Positions 1 through 8,476 of a DNA stretch of 64,000 bases are shown here, piece by piece. The translations under genes were made by a program, and so were the position numbers. Below the pieces are notes generated by a model. That model made no database searches, was not told the origin of the DNA, and worked only from the letters and a program-made list of their open reading frames with translations. The stretch comes from a virus: IMG/VR virus record IMGVR_UViG_3300045988_135453. The stretch is one strand, 5' to 3'. The stretch's first letter is position 1. Every line of letters begins with the position of its first letter.

Positions 1-303
1 GTTGTCGATAAGAGGTTTGGCTAACGGCAGGATTGCGTGCGGCTCTTTGTGCCACTCTATGACTGTTCCATCGTTGTATTTTGTAGGATTGTCATCAGAG
101 CCATACTTTAGCAAAAAGATAAGTTTTTGCTGCATACAATATTTCAAATCAGACCATGACTTGCTACGTCCTAAATAGCCATTCACGACATATCCTCCGG
201 CACAATACTGATAGGAGACACCATCGAGCCGATGAGAGTAGAGCGTGATGCCGGCTTGGGCGCAATAATACCTTAATGTCGCCCTTGTTGCATATCTTCC
301 CAT
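1..303 (-). CDS. hypothetical protein, N-terminal part (gene runs off the left edge of the window)
   Basis: ATG at 303-301 (minus strand) followed by an open frame to position 1 (MGRYATRATLRYYCAQAGITLYSHRLDG...). Open-ended, so absent from the ORF track. CTCTATATTTT box at 308-318 lies just upstream. Confidence 0.4.
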   Translation of the reverse strand, partial: MGRYATRATLRYYCAQAGITLYSHRLDGVSYQYCAGGYVVNGYLGRSKSWSDLKYCMQQKLIFLLKYGSDDNPTKYNDGTVIEWHKEPHAILPLAKPLIDN

Positions 304-332
304 AATTCTCTATATTTTCGTTTTGTTTTGAT

Positions 333-533
333 TCAAATTAGAAGCTCAAAGCCGGGGTGTGTTCTTAAGAACTTCCGTTGCTTATGCCTATGATGTGTCC
401 ACCATCTAACGAGAGAGCCGCGGTGCCAATGCTTGCAATTCCCTTCCTCCTTCATGCCGAGAAGAACACCATCGCGACTGAGACCGTAAGGACGGTAGGC
501 TTTAACGAATTTCTTCAGTATGCGTCGCTTCAT
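333..533 (-). CDS. small basic hypothetical protein (66 aa)
   Basis: ATG-initiated track ORF, co-oriented and tightly spaced with its neighbours. K/R/H-rich, no recognisable motif. Confidence 0.3.
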   Translation of the reverse strand: MKRRILKKFVKAYRPYGLSRDGVLLGMKEEGNCKHWHRGSLVRWWTHHRHKQRKFLRTHPGFELLI

Positions 534-601
534 AATTTACTGTTGATTTATTATCTTTTGTTTCTTTCTAATTCCTCTCGGCTCTCCATGATATACATAA
601 T

Positions 602-1210
602 CTAATCTATTAGTTCAAAATCATAAACGAATACATAGGGGTTGCTCTCCCAAGTGCCTTTGCCGGAGATGCGGTTGATAAGGGAAGCATAGGCCTCCTG
701 CGGAGTGCGAAACGAAGAGTTAGCAAGACCGTGATACCAATAAGTCGGACCTTCAAGCCCTACATTGTCGTCACGCCAAATGCCTTCTTTCAGGCAGCCT
801 CCATTGCTAATGTCTTGCAGACGTTCTACGCTGATGTTGGTAATACGAATATGATGTGGCATAAGATCCGCACGGACAAACATCTTATTGAAGCATCCTT
901 TCTCGAACATGATGCGTCCCAGGATTATTCCTTTTTTGCTACGAATACGGAAAAAATCATCGTCAAATGTCAGATCTTCATATTTCTGAGCGATGGCTAT
1001 AATTTCGCCGAGTTTGTAAGCGGATTGAGCGAGAGGTTTCCCTTCGTCAAACAGACATGCCTTGCCTTTGTTAACTTCTTCAAAAGCCTGCCTAACTGTA
1101 ATATTCCTCAATCTTCCTGCGGTATAGGCTATTCTTCTTGTCTGAGTCTTTCCGCCTTCAAGTACGGCCTGTGTTAGACCGTACTTGTCGTTAAACATAA
1201 TCTTTTGCAT
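602..1210 (-). CDS. ASCH/PUA-like domain protein (motif-level call)
   Basis: 202-aa ATG ORF. N-terminal ...LEGGKTQTRR... resembles the GxKxxExR strand of ASCH domains. Preceded by the CTCTATATTTT box (1212-1222). Confidence 0.4.
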   Translation of the reverse strand: MQKIMFNDKYGLTQAVLEGGKTQTRRIAYTAGRLRNITVRQAFEEVNKGKACLFDEGKPLAQSAYKLGEIIAIAQKYEDLTFDDDFFRIRSKKGIILGRIMFEKGCFNKMFVRADLMPHHIRITNISVERLQDISNGGCLKEGIWRDDNVGLEGPTYWYHGLANSSFRTPQEAYASLINRISGKGTWESNPYVFVYDFELID

Positions 1211-1265
1211 ACTCTATATTTTCGTTAATAAGCTATTGAATTTTTCACTTTTCGCTTTTCCCTTT

Positions 1266-2339
1266 TCACTTCGCCTTGCGAATCTTCTCCATCTCCTCAT
1301 TCTCCTTCGAGAGTCGCTCCAGATGCTCCAGCACGAGCGAATACGACTGGTTGTTCACCTGGTCTTCGGTGAGCGAGGCGTATTTCTGCATGGTGGCGAT
1401 GGTGGCGGTGTATATCTCAAGTGAGGTGGAGGGTCGCTGCGTGCGGTCGATCTTCTGAACCTTGAACACATGAGGATAACGCCGTGAGAGGGTGTGCATC
1501 ATACCGGTCCACCAGAAGAGGATGGGTTGCCACTGGTGGTCGGGGAAGTGGCGGAAGAGTGGAGCTTGGGTGTCGAATTGACGCACGTCGTAATGGAAAT
1601 CGTGCACCTTCAGGTTGGTGTTGGTGTCGATGAAGTCGATACGACGGTTGAAGATGGTGGCGAGGAACATAGAGCGTGCCTGGTCTACGCTGTCGGCTTG
1701 CAGTGCTATCTGCTCGGCCGTGAACTTACCCATCTGCTTCATCTTGACAAGGTTGTTGGCGAGCGAGGTGTATTGTCCCATGAGGTCGGAGGCAAAGCGA
1801 TATTGCTGCCATGAGAAGCCGTCCATGTCCTGCGCCGGACCTTCGTAGTCGGTCTTGCGATGTAGCAGACCACGCTTGTTGCGAAGGCGAAGGGTGGGGT
1901 AGGGAAAGCGAGTGAGGTGAGCACCACGCTCGTTGTCAAGCCAGTCGAGCAGTCCGGCACCGAAGGCAAGACACTCAGCCGAGTTACGGTCATTGGGCTT
2001 CGGCTTTGGCGTTAGCCAGTAGTTGAGCTCCCATAGGTAGAGAGGGAAGGTTTCTTCCTCCTGCTTGCGACGGAAGAAACGGTTGCGACGGCTCGGGGGG
2101 GAGAGTCGGCAAGTGTAGTGTTGCTCTTCGAGAGGCTTCGACTCGTCTATGCCTTCCACTATCTCTATGCCCGACATGACGAAGAAGCACGCTATCTTGA
2201 CATTGCGCATGTCGAAGGGATGATAACGGTCGGCTCGCTGTATCTGTTCAAGCATTATACGAGAGATAAGCTCCAACTGCTCGGTGCTGCACTCGTTCCA
2301 TGAGCGAGGCAGCGTTAGGTTGATTTTCTGTTGTGACAT
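1266..2339 (-). CDS. hypothetical protein (357 aa)
   Basis: Track ORF 1266..2498 starts at TTG in AT-rich, non-coding-looking sequence. The first ATG is at 2339 (MSQQKINLTLPRSW...). Contains an in-frame C7 run (G7 on the + strand, 2095-2101). Confidence 0.6.
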   Translation of the reverse strand: MSQQKINLTLPRSWNECSTEQLELISRIMLEQIQRADRYHPFDMRNVKIACFFVMSGIEIVEGIDESKPLEEQHYTCRLSPPSRRNRFFRRKQEEETFPLYLWELNYWLTPKPKPNDRNSAECLAFGAGLLDWLDNERGAHLTRFPYPTLRLRNKRGLLHRKTDYEGPAQDMDGFSWQQYRFASDLMGQYTSLANNLVKMKQMGKFTAEQIALQADSVDQARSMFLATIFNRRIDFIDTNTNLKVHDFHYDVRQFDTQAPLFRHFPDHQWQPILFWWTGMMHTLSRRYPHVFKVQKIDRTQRPSTSLEIYTATIATMQKYASLTEDQVNNQSYSLVLEHLERLSKENEEMEKIRKAK

Positions 2340-2553
2340 AATTTTCAGGTTTCTTTCATAGGCAAAGTTAGGCGTTTTTAATTTGGTGGGGCGGACATCG
2401 AAAGCGGACAACGAAGGGGAGGAACAACGAATTTCGCTAATTGCTCGAAAAAAATATAAGCCAACAGAAAACACAAAAGAAACAGAATGATAGTACAAGT
2501 TTTCTGCTAATTTCGAGTTCCCGTTGGCTTAAAACAAATGTAAAATTCAAAAT

Positions 2554-3057
2554 TTAGAGCGTGGCGTGTAGGGCGTTATAGTCCCATACCTTAGTGCAGT
2601 CGTCTTCGCAGGGCTGCCAGTCGTCATCACAAAAGTAGAAGGCATAGGCAGCCTTGATTATCTCCTCTTCGTTCATGCAAGCGCAAAGGTCGGCATACAT
2701 AGAGTTGAAGGCGACATATTTGTCCCATGTGTTGACGTTGGCGTGAAACTTCATGCCCTTAGTCAGCTCGTCTACCTTGAGACGGGTCCAATGTGCGCCG
2801 CCGCCGGTTGGCATACCCTCCTCGTCGTACATGCCGCTATAGACAAGAGCGTTCACATCATGGTTAGCCATCTTCTCAGAATAGTGCCGTCCGTAGAGAA
2901 CGGCGTGCTGACGGCGCAATATGTGCCAGTAGAGCTTAGGGTCGGTCTGCTCAAGCGCAAGGAGGTCGGTAGAGAGAGTCTCTACTGCTGCCCACATCTT
3001 CTTCTCGGTCGCCATACCATTGGCACGAGCCTGTTCAATCATCTGTTTGTAATTCAT
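2554..3057 (-). CDS. hypothetical protein (167 aa)
   Basis: ATG ORF with protein-like composition, co-oriented in the gene string. No motif recognised. Confidence 0.6.
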   Translation of the reverse strand: MNYKQMIEQARANGMATEKKMWAAVETLSTDLLALEQTDPKLYWHILRRQHAVLYGRHYSEKMANHDVNALVYSGMYDEEGMPTGGGAHWTRLKVDELTKGMKFHANVNTWDKYVAFNSMYADLCACMNEEEIIKAAYAFYFCDDDWQPCEDDCTKVWDYNALHATL

Positions 3058-3189
3058 TTTGTTTGAGTTTTATATGTTTAACATGTAGGGCAAATGCCCC
3101 GAAAATGTGGGACAATCAGGCTTTTTTGCACAGAGACATGCAATATAGGAAAGAATGTCTGCGCCTCGGGCTTGCTTTCTGCCTTTGCC

Positions 3190-3489
3190 TCAGTGGTCGA
3201 GGCGGTCGGTGGTGTGTCTTTCTTTTTCATATAGCTTTGTGAATTTACGTTGAAGGATAAGCAACAACAACACGAACCAGTTTGACAGATATGCCACCAC
3301 AATAGCCGCCAGCGCCGATGTGTAGACATCGTAGCCGAGGTAAAGCAATGCCGACATTGTAACCCAAAAGGTGAAACACTGAGGGCATGATGCCACCTTG
3401 TCAACAACACGGGCAATGGCTTCGGCCAGTCCGAGGTGTTGGGTGAGCGTGGCGGCTATCATGGTGGCTATAGCTATCAGAACTATCAT
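3190..3489 (-). CDS. small integral membrane protein (about 3 TM helices)
   Basis: 99 aa with hydrophobic stretches MIVLIAIATMIAATL, FTFWVTMSALLYLGY and ALAAIVVAYLSNWFVLLLLIL, plus a basic C-terminus. Confidence 0.55.
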   Translation of the reverse strand: MIVLIAIATMIAATLTQHLGLAEAIARVVDKVASCPQCFTFWVTMSALLYLGYDVYTSALAAIVVAYLSNWFVLLLLILQRKFTKLYEKERHTTDRLDH

Positions 3490-3493
3490 GGCT

Positions 3494-3922
3494 TTATGTA
3501 GTTACAAGAGTAAGCGTTACTGGGCAGTCGGAAACGAAAGTCTTGGAACAGCTGCAACACGACATGCGTGCTATGCCGTTCTGGACGGTTCCCACTGCTA
3601 TTGTTGCCGAATTGATGGCGGTGGCGCTGAACACAGGAATAGTGAAGTCTTGCGACACCACTTGTGAGCGTGTGCAGCACGAGCCGCAGTTGCAAGGGAT
3701 GTAGTTAATCACGCCCTCAACGTGAATGACGATGATATACTGTGAGGTGCCTACGTTGGCAATGCTCTTGACGGAGAACTTCGGGGCGAACACGGGTGTC
3801 TCGTCTACACAAGCCGGTGTGCAGAGCTGCTGTGTGATGTTGACATCATAATAGGGTGCGGCGGCGGTTGCACCTGCCGCAAGTGTGGCTATGATGATAG
3901 CCGGAATAGTACGTTTGTTCAT
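3494..3922 (-). CDS. exported cysteine-rich protein
   Basis: 142 aa with a signal-like N-terminus (MNKRTIPAIIIATLAAGATAAA). About 10 Cys, including CNCGSCC and SCCSCS clusters. Confidence 0.55.
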   Translation of the reverse strand: MNKRTIPAIIIATLAAGATAAAPYYDVNITQQLCTPACVDETPVFAPKFSVKSIANVGTSQYIIVIHVEGVINYIPCNCGSCCTRSQVVSQDFTIPVFSATAINSATIAVGTVQNGIARMSCCSCSKTFVSDCPVTLTLVTT

Positions 3923-3980
3923 AATCGTTTCTGTTTTATTATAGCGACGATGCTTGCCGCCGCTGGTGTTGTTACTCTGT

Positions 3981-4403
3981 TTAATGTTTTACATGATAGC
4001 CTTGCGTCTGCCCTACTGGTAGGTTCTTGTCAAGAAGATCGGCAAGCTCGTTGAGGTCTTCCTCCTCAAACGTCACCATGCCTTCGAGCACCGACAGCGG
4101 TCCGTTACCTCGCATCTTCTCCACTATGTCGTGTGCCATCTGCGGTATGCTCTCTTCGGGTATCTGGCCGAAATATCGGGCAAGCATAGGTGCGACGAGC
4201 GAGTTGACGATTGGCTGGATAAGCGGTTCAATGTCCTTCTGTAGGGCATAGTTGCCACTGACAATGCCTAACGAGCTGATGGTGGCTTGCAGAGACTGAA
4301 GCATGGGTAGGCGCATGAGGTTGCCTGCGGCTATCTGCGAAATGGCGGGTCGTGCCCATTCGGACACGACTGCCGCCAAGATTTGCGAGTTTTTGTATTC
4401 CAT
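3981..4403 (-). CDS. hypothetical protein (140 aa)
   Basis: ATG ORF, co-oriented, no motif recognised. Confidence 0.55.
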   Translation of the reverse strand: MEYKNSQILAAVVSEWARPAISQIAAGNLMRLPMLQSLQATISSLGIVSGNYALQKDIEPLIQPIVNSLVAPMLARYFGQIPEESIPQMAHDIVEKMRGNGPLSVLEGMVTFEEEDLNELADLLDKNLPVGQTQGYHVKH

Positions 4404-4429
4404 ATATATAACTGGATTACGTCATTCTC

Positions 4430-4969
4430 CTACTGATTGCATCCGCAACCGCAACCGGTCTGGCATACGTTGGTTGAAGGGATGAACAACTTGGTTACGC
4501 TCAACAATGAGGCTACCTGCGACTTGAGCACGTCGATATTGGCGTTGGCTGCCGCATTGTAAGCCATCTGCTGTGCGTTGACGGCTTGCTGCGCATCCTT
4601 GTTAGCGTCTACCTTGTCTTCTACACGGCGCAACTTCGTGTCGAGATACTGTGTCACTTCAATAAGCTTCTTGTCGGTGTAGTTCTCGCTCTTCTGAATG
4701 GCGAGTTCGGTCTTCAGAGTGCTGTTCTCCTGGATAAGGTTAGTCTCACTCTTAGTTACGAAACGCGCGTCAGGGTCGGACGGGTTAGCGGTCATGCCGT
4801 TGTTTCTTCCCATGCCCATGAGCGACACGCCACCTCCAAGCAAGCTGGTGGCCAATCCTGCGATGCCGAGACCCAAGGCTGTGTTGCCAAGGCCTTTGCT
4901 GGCAACATCATAGTTGCCGTCATTAGTTTTAATCTGCATAGTTGTTTGTGTTTGGTTGGTTTCGTTCAT
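4430..4969 (-). CDS. coiled-coil protein with Gly-rich hydrophobic segment and C-terminal CQTGCGCGCNQ
   Basis: 179 aa. Contains GLGNTALGLGIAGLATSLLGGGVSLMGMG, then heptad-like Q/K/E-rich sequence, then a Cys-Gly repeat tail. Confidence 0.55.
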   Translation of the reverse strand: MNETNQTQTTMQIKTNDGNYDVASKGLGNTALGLGIAGLATSLLGGGVSLMGMGRNNGMTANPSDPDARFVTKSETNLIQENSTLKTELAIQKSENYTDKKLIEVTQYLDTKLRRVEDKVDANKDAQQAVNAQQMAYNAAANANIDVLKSQVASLLSVTKLFIPSTNVCQTGCGCGCNQ

Positions 4970-5073
4970 TATTGAACTTATTGCAAAGGTATGGGAGAAA
5001 GTGGTGGGAGCGAAGTGTTTCTTATTAAGTGTTCTTGAGGTGATATAACGTATAATTTCAACTAATACTTAAA

Positions 5074-5103
5074 TAAAAAAGCCTCACGCTGCTAACGTGA
5101 GGC
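5074..5103 (-). terminator. rho-independent terminator after the LysR-type gene
   Basis: GCCTCACG (5081-5088) / CGTGAGGC (5096-5103) form a perfect 8-bp stem with a 7-nt loop. On the minus strand a T7 run follows (A-run 5074-5080 on +). Confidence 0.75.
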
Positions 5104-5130
5104 TCGGTTCGGTATAAGATTTTCTAATGA

Positions 5131-6060
5131 CTATCGGGGTGGCGGTTTGAACTTTCCTTGTGAATCTTCGGCTACAGAAATGTATGGCACCACTTCTTCG
5201 CGAATGATGTCGAGAAATAGTTGTGCGGCACGCTTCTTGGGAACGTCCTGCATACAGTGGGCGTTGCTCATCAACTGCTGTTCGAGTCCTACGATTGGAC
5301 GCGCTACAAGGGTAGGGTGGTTGCGCAGGTAGAGCTTAGGCATGAAGGTGACGTACTTGGTTTCTTCCACCGAAGCAAGAGCTTCGTCAGGGTCGCTGAT
5401 GATGCACTTGATGTTGAGCTTATATAGGTCACGCTGTATGTATTGATGAAAAGTCTCAATGGCACGTTCACCTACGTCAGGCATGATGATGGGGTGCTTC
5501 AGAATGTCCTCATACGACACCTTTGAGAGTGAGGCAAGCGGATGGGTGTCGCGCATAATAGCATACACGTTAAAGGGTATGCAGGGTCTTGACTCTATTC
5601 CTTCGTGACGGTATGCCATATTCATTGTGAAAGCAAGATCTAACATGTGCGCCTTTAGCGACTGATTTAGAAAATATGCTTTGGTGAAGTCAGCATTGAT
5701 ACGCACGTTGGGGTATCTCTCCATGAATATCAATGCTGCCATACGAATATACGGAGAAATAAACGAGCCTACACCAATGCGCAATTCGCCGGTCATGCAG
5801 TTGTTGAGGGCATTGATTTGCTCTTTGCAGTCCTCGGTCTGCTTCAGTATCTCTTTGGCACGAGGCAACAGGGCTTCACCACTTTCGGTGAGCATAATGC
5901 CGTGTGATGTGCGAATAAGCAATTTGCAGCCCAACTCGTCCTCCAGGGCACGAATGTGCTGGCTTACCGCCGACTGGGTGACGCAACAACGTGTGGCAGC
6001 TGTACTAAACGACTTTGTTTCGGCGACATAAACAAAGGAGCGTAAATGTCTTAGTTCCAT
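5131..6060 (-). CDS. LysR-family transcriptional regulator
   Basis: 309 aa. N-terminus MELRHLRSFVYVAETKSFSTAATRCCVTQSAVSQHIRALEDELGCKLLIRTSHG is the canonical LysR wHTH signature. Length and C-terminal half fit a LysR substrate-binding domain. Confidence 0.9.
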   Translation of the reverse strand: MELRHLRSFVYVAETKSFSTAATRCCVTQSAVSQHIRALEDELGCKLLIRTSHGIMLTESGEALLPRAKEILKQTEDCKEQINALNNCMTGELRIGVGSFISPYIRMAALIFMERYPNVRINADFTKAYFLNQSLKAHMLDLAFTMNMAYRHEGIESRPCIPFNVYAIMRDTHPLASLSKVSYEDILKHPIIMPDVGERAIETFHQYIQRDLYKLNIKCIISDPDEALASVEETKYVTFMPKLYLRNHPTLVARPIVGLEQQLMSNAHCMQDVPKKRAAQLFLDIIREEVVPYISVAEDSQGKFKPPPR

Positions 6061-6236
6061 AAACTCTATATTTTTAGTTATTCTACATTTACAATAATGT
6101 AATCAAAAAAGCTTTTCTAATTGCAAAATTAGCATATAAAATAATATTATGTTACATTTTGCTATTAAAAATGCTAATTCTAAAATAAAAAGTAAAAATA
6201 GCTTATGGGCAAAGAACAAAAAATACGGTTTACACA

Positions 6237-6267
6237 GATGCGGAAATAATCGAAAAATTTCCGCATC
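6237..6267. promoter_or_regulatory. inverted repeat GATGCGGAAA-N11-TTTCCGCATC upstream of the LysR-type gene
   Basis: Perfect 10-bp arms (6237-6246 / 6258-6267) with an A/T-rich 11-nt spacer, about 180 nt upstream of the lysR-type ATG. The word CCGCAT recurs in the adjacent hairpin (6289-6294 / 6324-6329). Confidence 0.35.
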
Positions 6268-6281
6268 CACGTTATACAAAT

Positions 6282-6329
6282 AAAAAAACCGCATCTGCCA
6301 GTCTTTATGTTAAAGACTGACAAATGCGG
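6282..6329 (-). terminator. long hairpin terminator ending the capsid-proximal transcription unit
   Basis: CCGCAT...CAGTCTTTA tgt TAAAGACTG...ATGCGG: inner perfect 9-bp stem at 6299-6307 / 6311-6319, outer 6-bp stem. A T7 run follows on the minus strand (A-run 6282-6288 on +). Confidence 0.7.
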
Positions 6330-6487
6330 AGAAATATGACTTTGAAGATTTTTAACCGTGAGCGATCATTTTACGATCTTCTTTGCCGTCGTTCCGTCTT
6401 TTTCGTCACTTGTGCCGAAGAAAGAAGGATCGGCATCGTCGAGCGCTTCTTTTGCGATATTGCTTTCGCTCTGCTGCTCAATATCGC

Positions 6488-7051
6488 TTACTCTTTTTTT
6501 GAGGCAAGGAGCGAGTCCCAACCACCGGTCTCAGGCTCTGCAATCTCATAGCGTCCGTAGGCTGTAGGCTGGAGAGAACCGCTAAGTTCAACCTGACGGT
6601 CGTCCTCAGCTTTCTTACCAGTGTCGCCCTTGATGCCACCAGAAGCATACTCAAACTTGTGCTGAGCGTCGTACACGATGATGCTCTTCGCGCCATCCTG
6701 GATGATATAGCCAAGGTCGCGGTTGTTCAGAGCACGAGTTACCTCTGCCGAATCGGCGTTTACACTCTCAAGCACATAGTCAAGCTGCTGTTTGAAGCCT
6801 TTTCTACGGCCAAGGCTCTCAAAAGTATGTCCCTGACTGCCCTCTTTGCACTCAAATTTGTAAAGACCCTTACCTGTGTTGAACGACTCGGTGGTCAGCG
6901 CAGGATAAATGTTTTTTTCTGCCTTCAAAGGAGCTTTGAGGTCGCCCTTGTCAAAAACATACACATTAACGCCAAGGCCACCAAAATTCTCTAAGCATTC
7001 GTCAGCGGCGAAAACATTCTTGATCTCAGGACATGTTGCTGTTACTGCCAT
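6488..7051 (-). CDS. hypothetical virion-associated protein (gene directly downstream of the capsid gene)
   Basis: 187-aa ATG ORF. Shares the CAACACAAAAAC leader (7062-7073 on +) with the capsid, protease and tape-measure genes. Its role (decoration, connector or tail tube) cannot be resolved from sequence. Confidence 0.6.
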   Translation of the reverse strand: MAVTATCPEIKNVFAADECLENFGGLGVNVYVFDKGDLKAPLKAEKNIYPALTTESFNTGKGLYKFECKEGSQGHTFESLGRRKGFKQQLDYVLESVNADSAEVTRALNNRDLGYIIQDGAKSIIVYDAQHKFEYASGGIKGDTGKKAEDDRQVELSGSLQPTAYGRYEIAEPETGGWDSLLASKKE

Positions 7052-7083
7052 ATTCTTATAAGTTTTTGTGTTGTTGTGTTGAT

Positions 7084-7141
7084 TAAAAAGAAGGGCGACG
7101 GGTTAGCATATTCCGTCAGGTCAGCCACGACCATCGCCCTT
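7084..7141 (-). terminator. structured element / probable partial terminator after the capsid gene
   Basis: AAGGGCGA (7091-7098) pairs with TCGCCCTT (7134-7141) around an inner GACGG/CCGTC hairpin. CTTTTTAATC follows on the minus strand. Confidence 0.45.
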
Positions 7142-7174
7142 GAAAATATAGAGTGAAAGAAACTCCGTTAAGGA

Positions 7175-8476
7175 TTAGCCGTTCTTCTTGAAGAAGGCTA
7201 TCAAGCCCATGCTCATGCCAGTGGCAGTGATCTGGATCTTCTTCTCGGTCGAACCATTGCTCCAGTTTACAAACTTGTAGTTGGTGCCGTCAGCTGCCTC
7301 AAGCGAGATAACCTGATTTACAGAAGTCTCGATAGAATCCTTGTAGGGAGCGCCATTCACCTTCACTGTTCCGTCGATGTTGCCCGCGTCCTGAGCGTTG
7401 GCCTTAGCGAGAGTAACAACGAGGTTAGAGTTGGTGTAATCACCAGCTACAAAGTCAGGGTTAGCGAGATTACCATCCGACATTACAAACGAGTGTGCGT
7501 AGGGCACCTTCAGTCCGGATCCCTGTATTGACTGAATCTGGAGTTGGATTTGGCGCAAATCTGTGTCCGTGCCGACCTTAACGCCCACATAAGTCTCGTT
7601 GCTAAGTGTATCTACACCGTAAACAAGGTTCTTCGGTACAGAGGCGTACATACGGTCGCCTACACCAAAGTCAGAAACAGGACAGATTGTAACCTTTGAC
7701 ATTCCAGGCAAAACGAAATTGCCACCTGCGTCATAATCAACCTTGTAGTTGCCGTGATACTTGTTGGCATAGCCAGCTGCGATGTTATGAGCAGTGATTT
7801 CATTCATATAGACAAGAGTCTTCTGCTTGCGCAGACGAGCGTCCCACTTCAGGTACCAGTTGTAGAAGTTGTCGTAAGGTGTAGAGTCGTTGTTGTCAGC
7901 AGGAGCGTCGATAGCCTCGCAAGGAATGAGGTTGCCGTTAGCCTCAGAGATAATGCCAGCCTCGATGTCATGCTTGATGCAGGTGTGAATACCGTCATAG
8001 AGAGCCAATGCCTGGTTGTGGGCAGGAACATTTTCCTTGCCATCGTCGAGCGAGATGTCGCCAAACCAGAAGTTAGCGGCAAGGTTATCGGCGTAATTGC
8101 GAAGGATTGCTTCTACCGCTGCTGTTGACATCGGGTACTGACCCTGAGCGTCCGTACCGAATACTGTTTCACAATATGCGTCAATAGAATCGGTAAAGTG
8201 ATCCCAAGCAAGACGGGCGACAAGCGTACGCTCAGTCAAAAAGCCCGCCTGACTGTTTACTACTGAGTGAACGTCTTTACGACGGGTTGTACCACCCTTG
8301 CGGAGAAGAATGTGGAAGGTACGCTTAAACTGCATACCGCTGATAATGTCGATACCAAGACGGTCGGTCTCTGCGGGATCGGTATAACCAATACCCATAA
8401 GGATTTCCTTAGAAACCTGCTCGGCTACATGCTGAAGCGCATCCTTACCGATAAAGTTGTTTGGAAGTGTTGCCAT
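7175..8476 (-). CDS. major capsid protein with C-terminal InlB-B-repeat-like display domain
   Basis: 433 aa, immediately downstream of the protease-scaffold gene, with two copies of the CA-rich leader and a terminator-like structure after it. The last ~80 aa (...VISLEAADGTNYKFVNWSNGSTEKKIQITATGMSMGLIAFF) resemble Listeria-Bacteroides / divergent InlB B-repeats (GYxFxGW type). Confidence 0.6.
   Translation of the reverse strand: MATLPNNFIGKDALQHVAEQVSKEILMGIGYTDPAETDRLGIDIISGMQFKRTFHILLRKGGTTRRKDVHSVVNSQAGFLTERTLVARLAWDHFTDSIDAYCETVFGTDAQGQYPMSTAAVEAILRNYADNLAANFWFGDISLDDGKENVPAHNQALALYDGIHTCIKHDIEAGIISEANGNLIPCEAIDAPADNNDSTPYDNFYNWYLKWDARLRKQKTLVYMNEITAHNIAAGYANKYHGNYKVDYDAGGNFVLPGMSKVTICPVSDFGVGDRMYASVPKNLVYGVDTLSNETYVGVKVGTDTDLRQIQLQIQSIQGSGLKVPYAHSFVMSDGNLANPDFVAGDYTNSNLVVTLAKANAQDAGNIDGTVKVNGAPYKDSIETSVNQVISLEAADGTNYKFVNWSNGSTEKKIQITATGMSMGLIAFFKKNG

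Noticed and set aside
3078-3416. 112-aa minus-strand ORF overlapping the 99-aa membrane-protein ORF
   Set aside because: It is out of frame with, and largely nested in, 3190..3489. It extends into the leader of the downstream gene, and its Cys/Trp/His-rich translation looks spurious.
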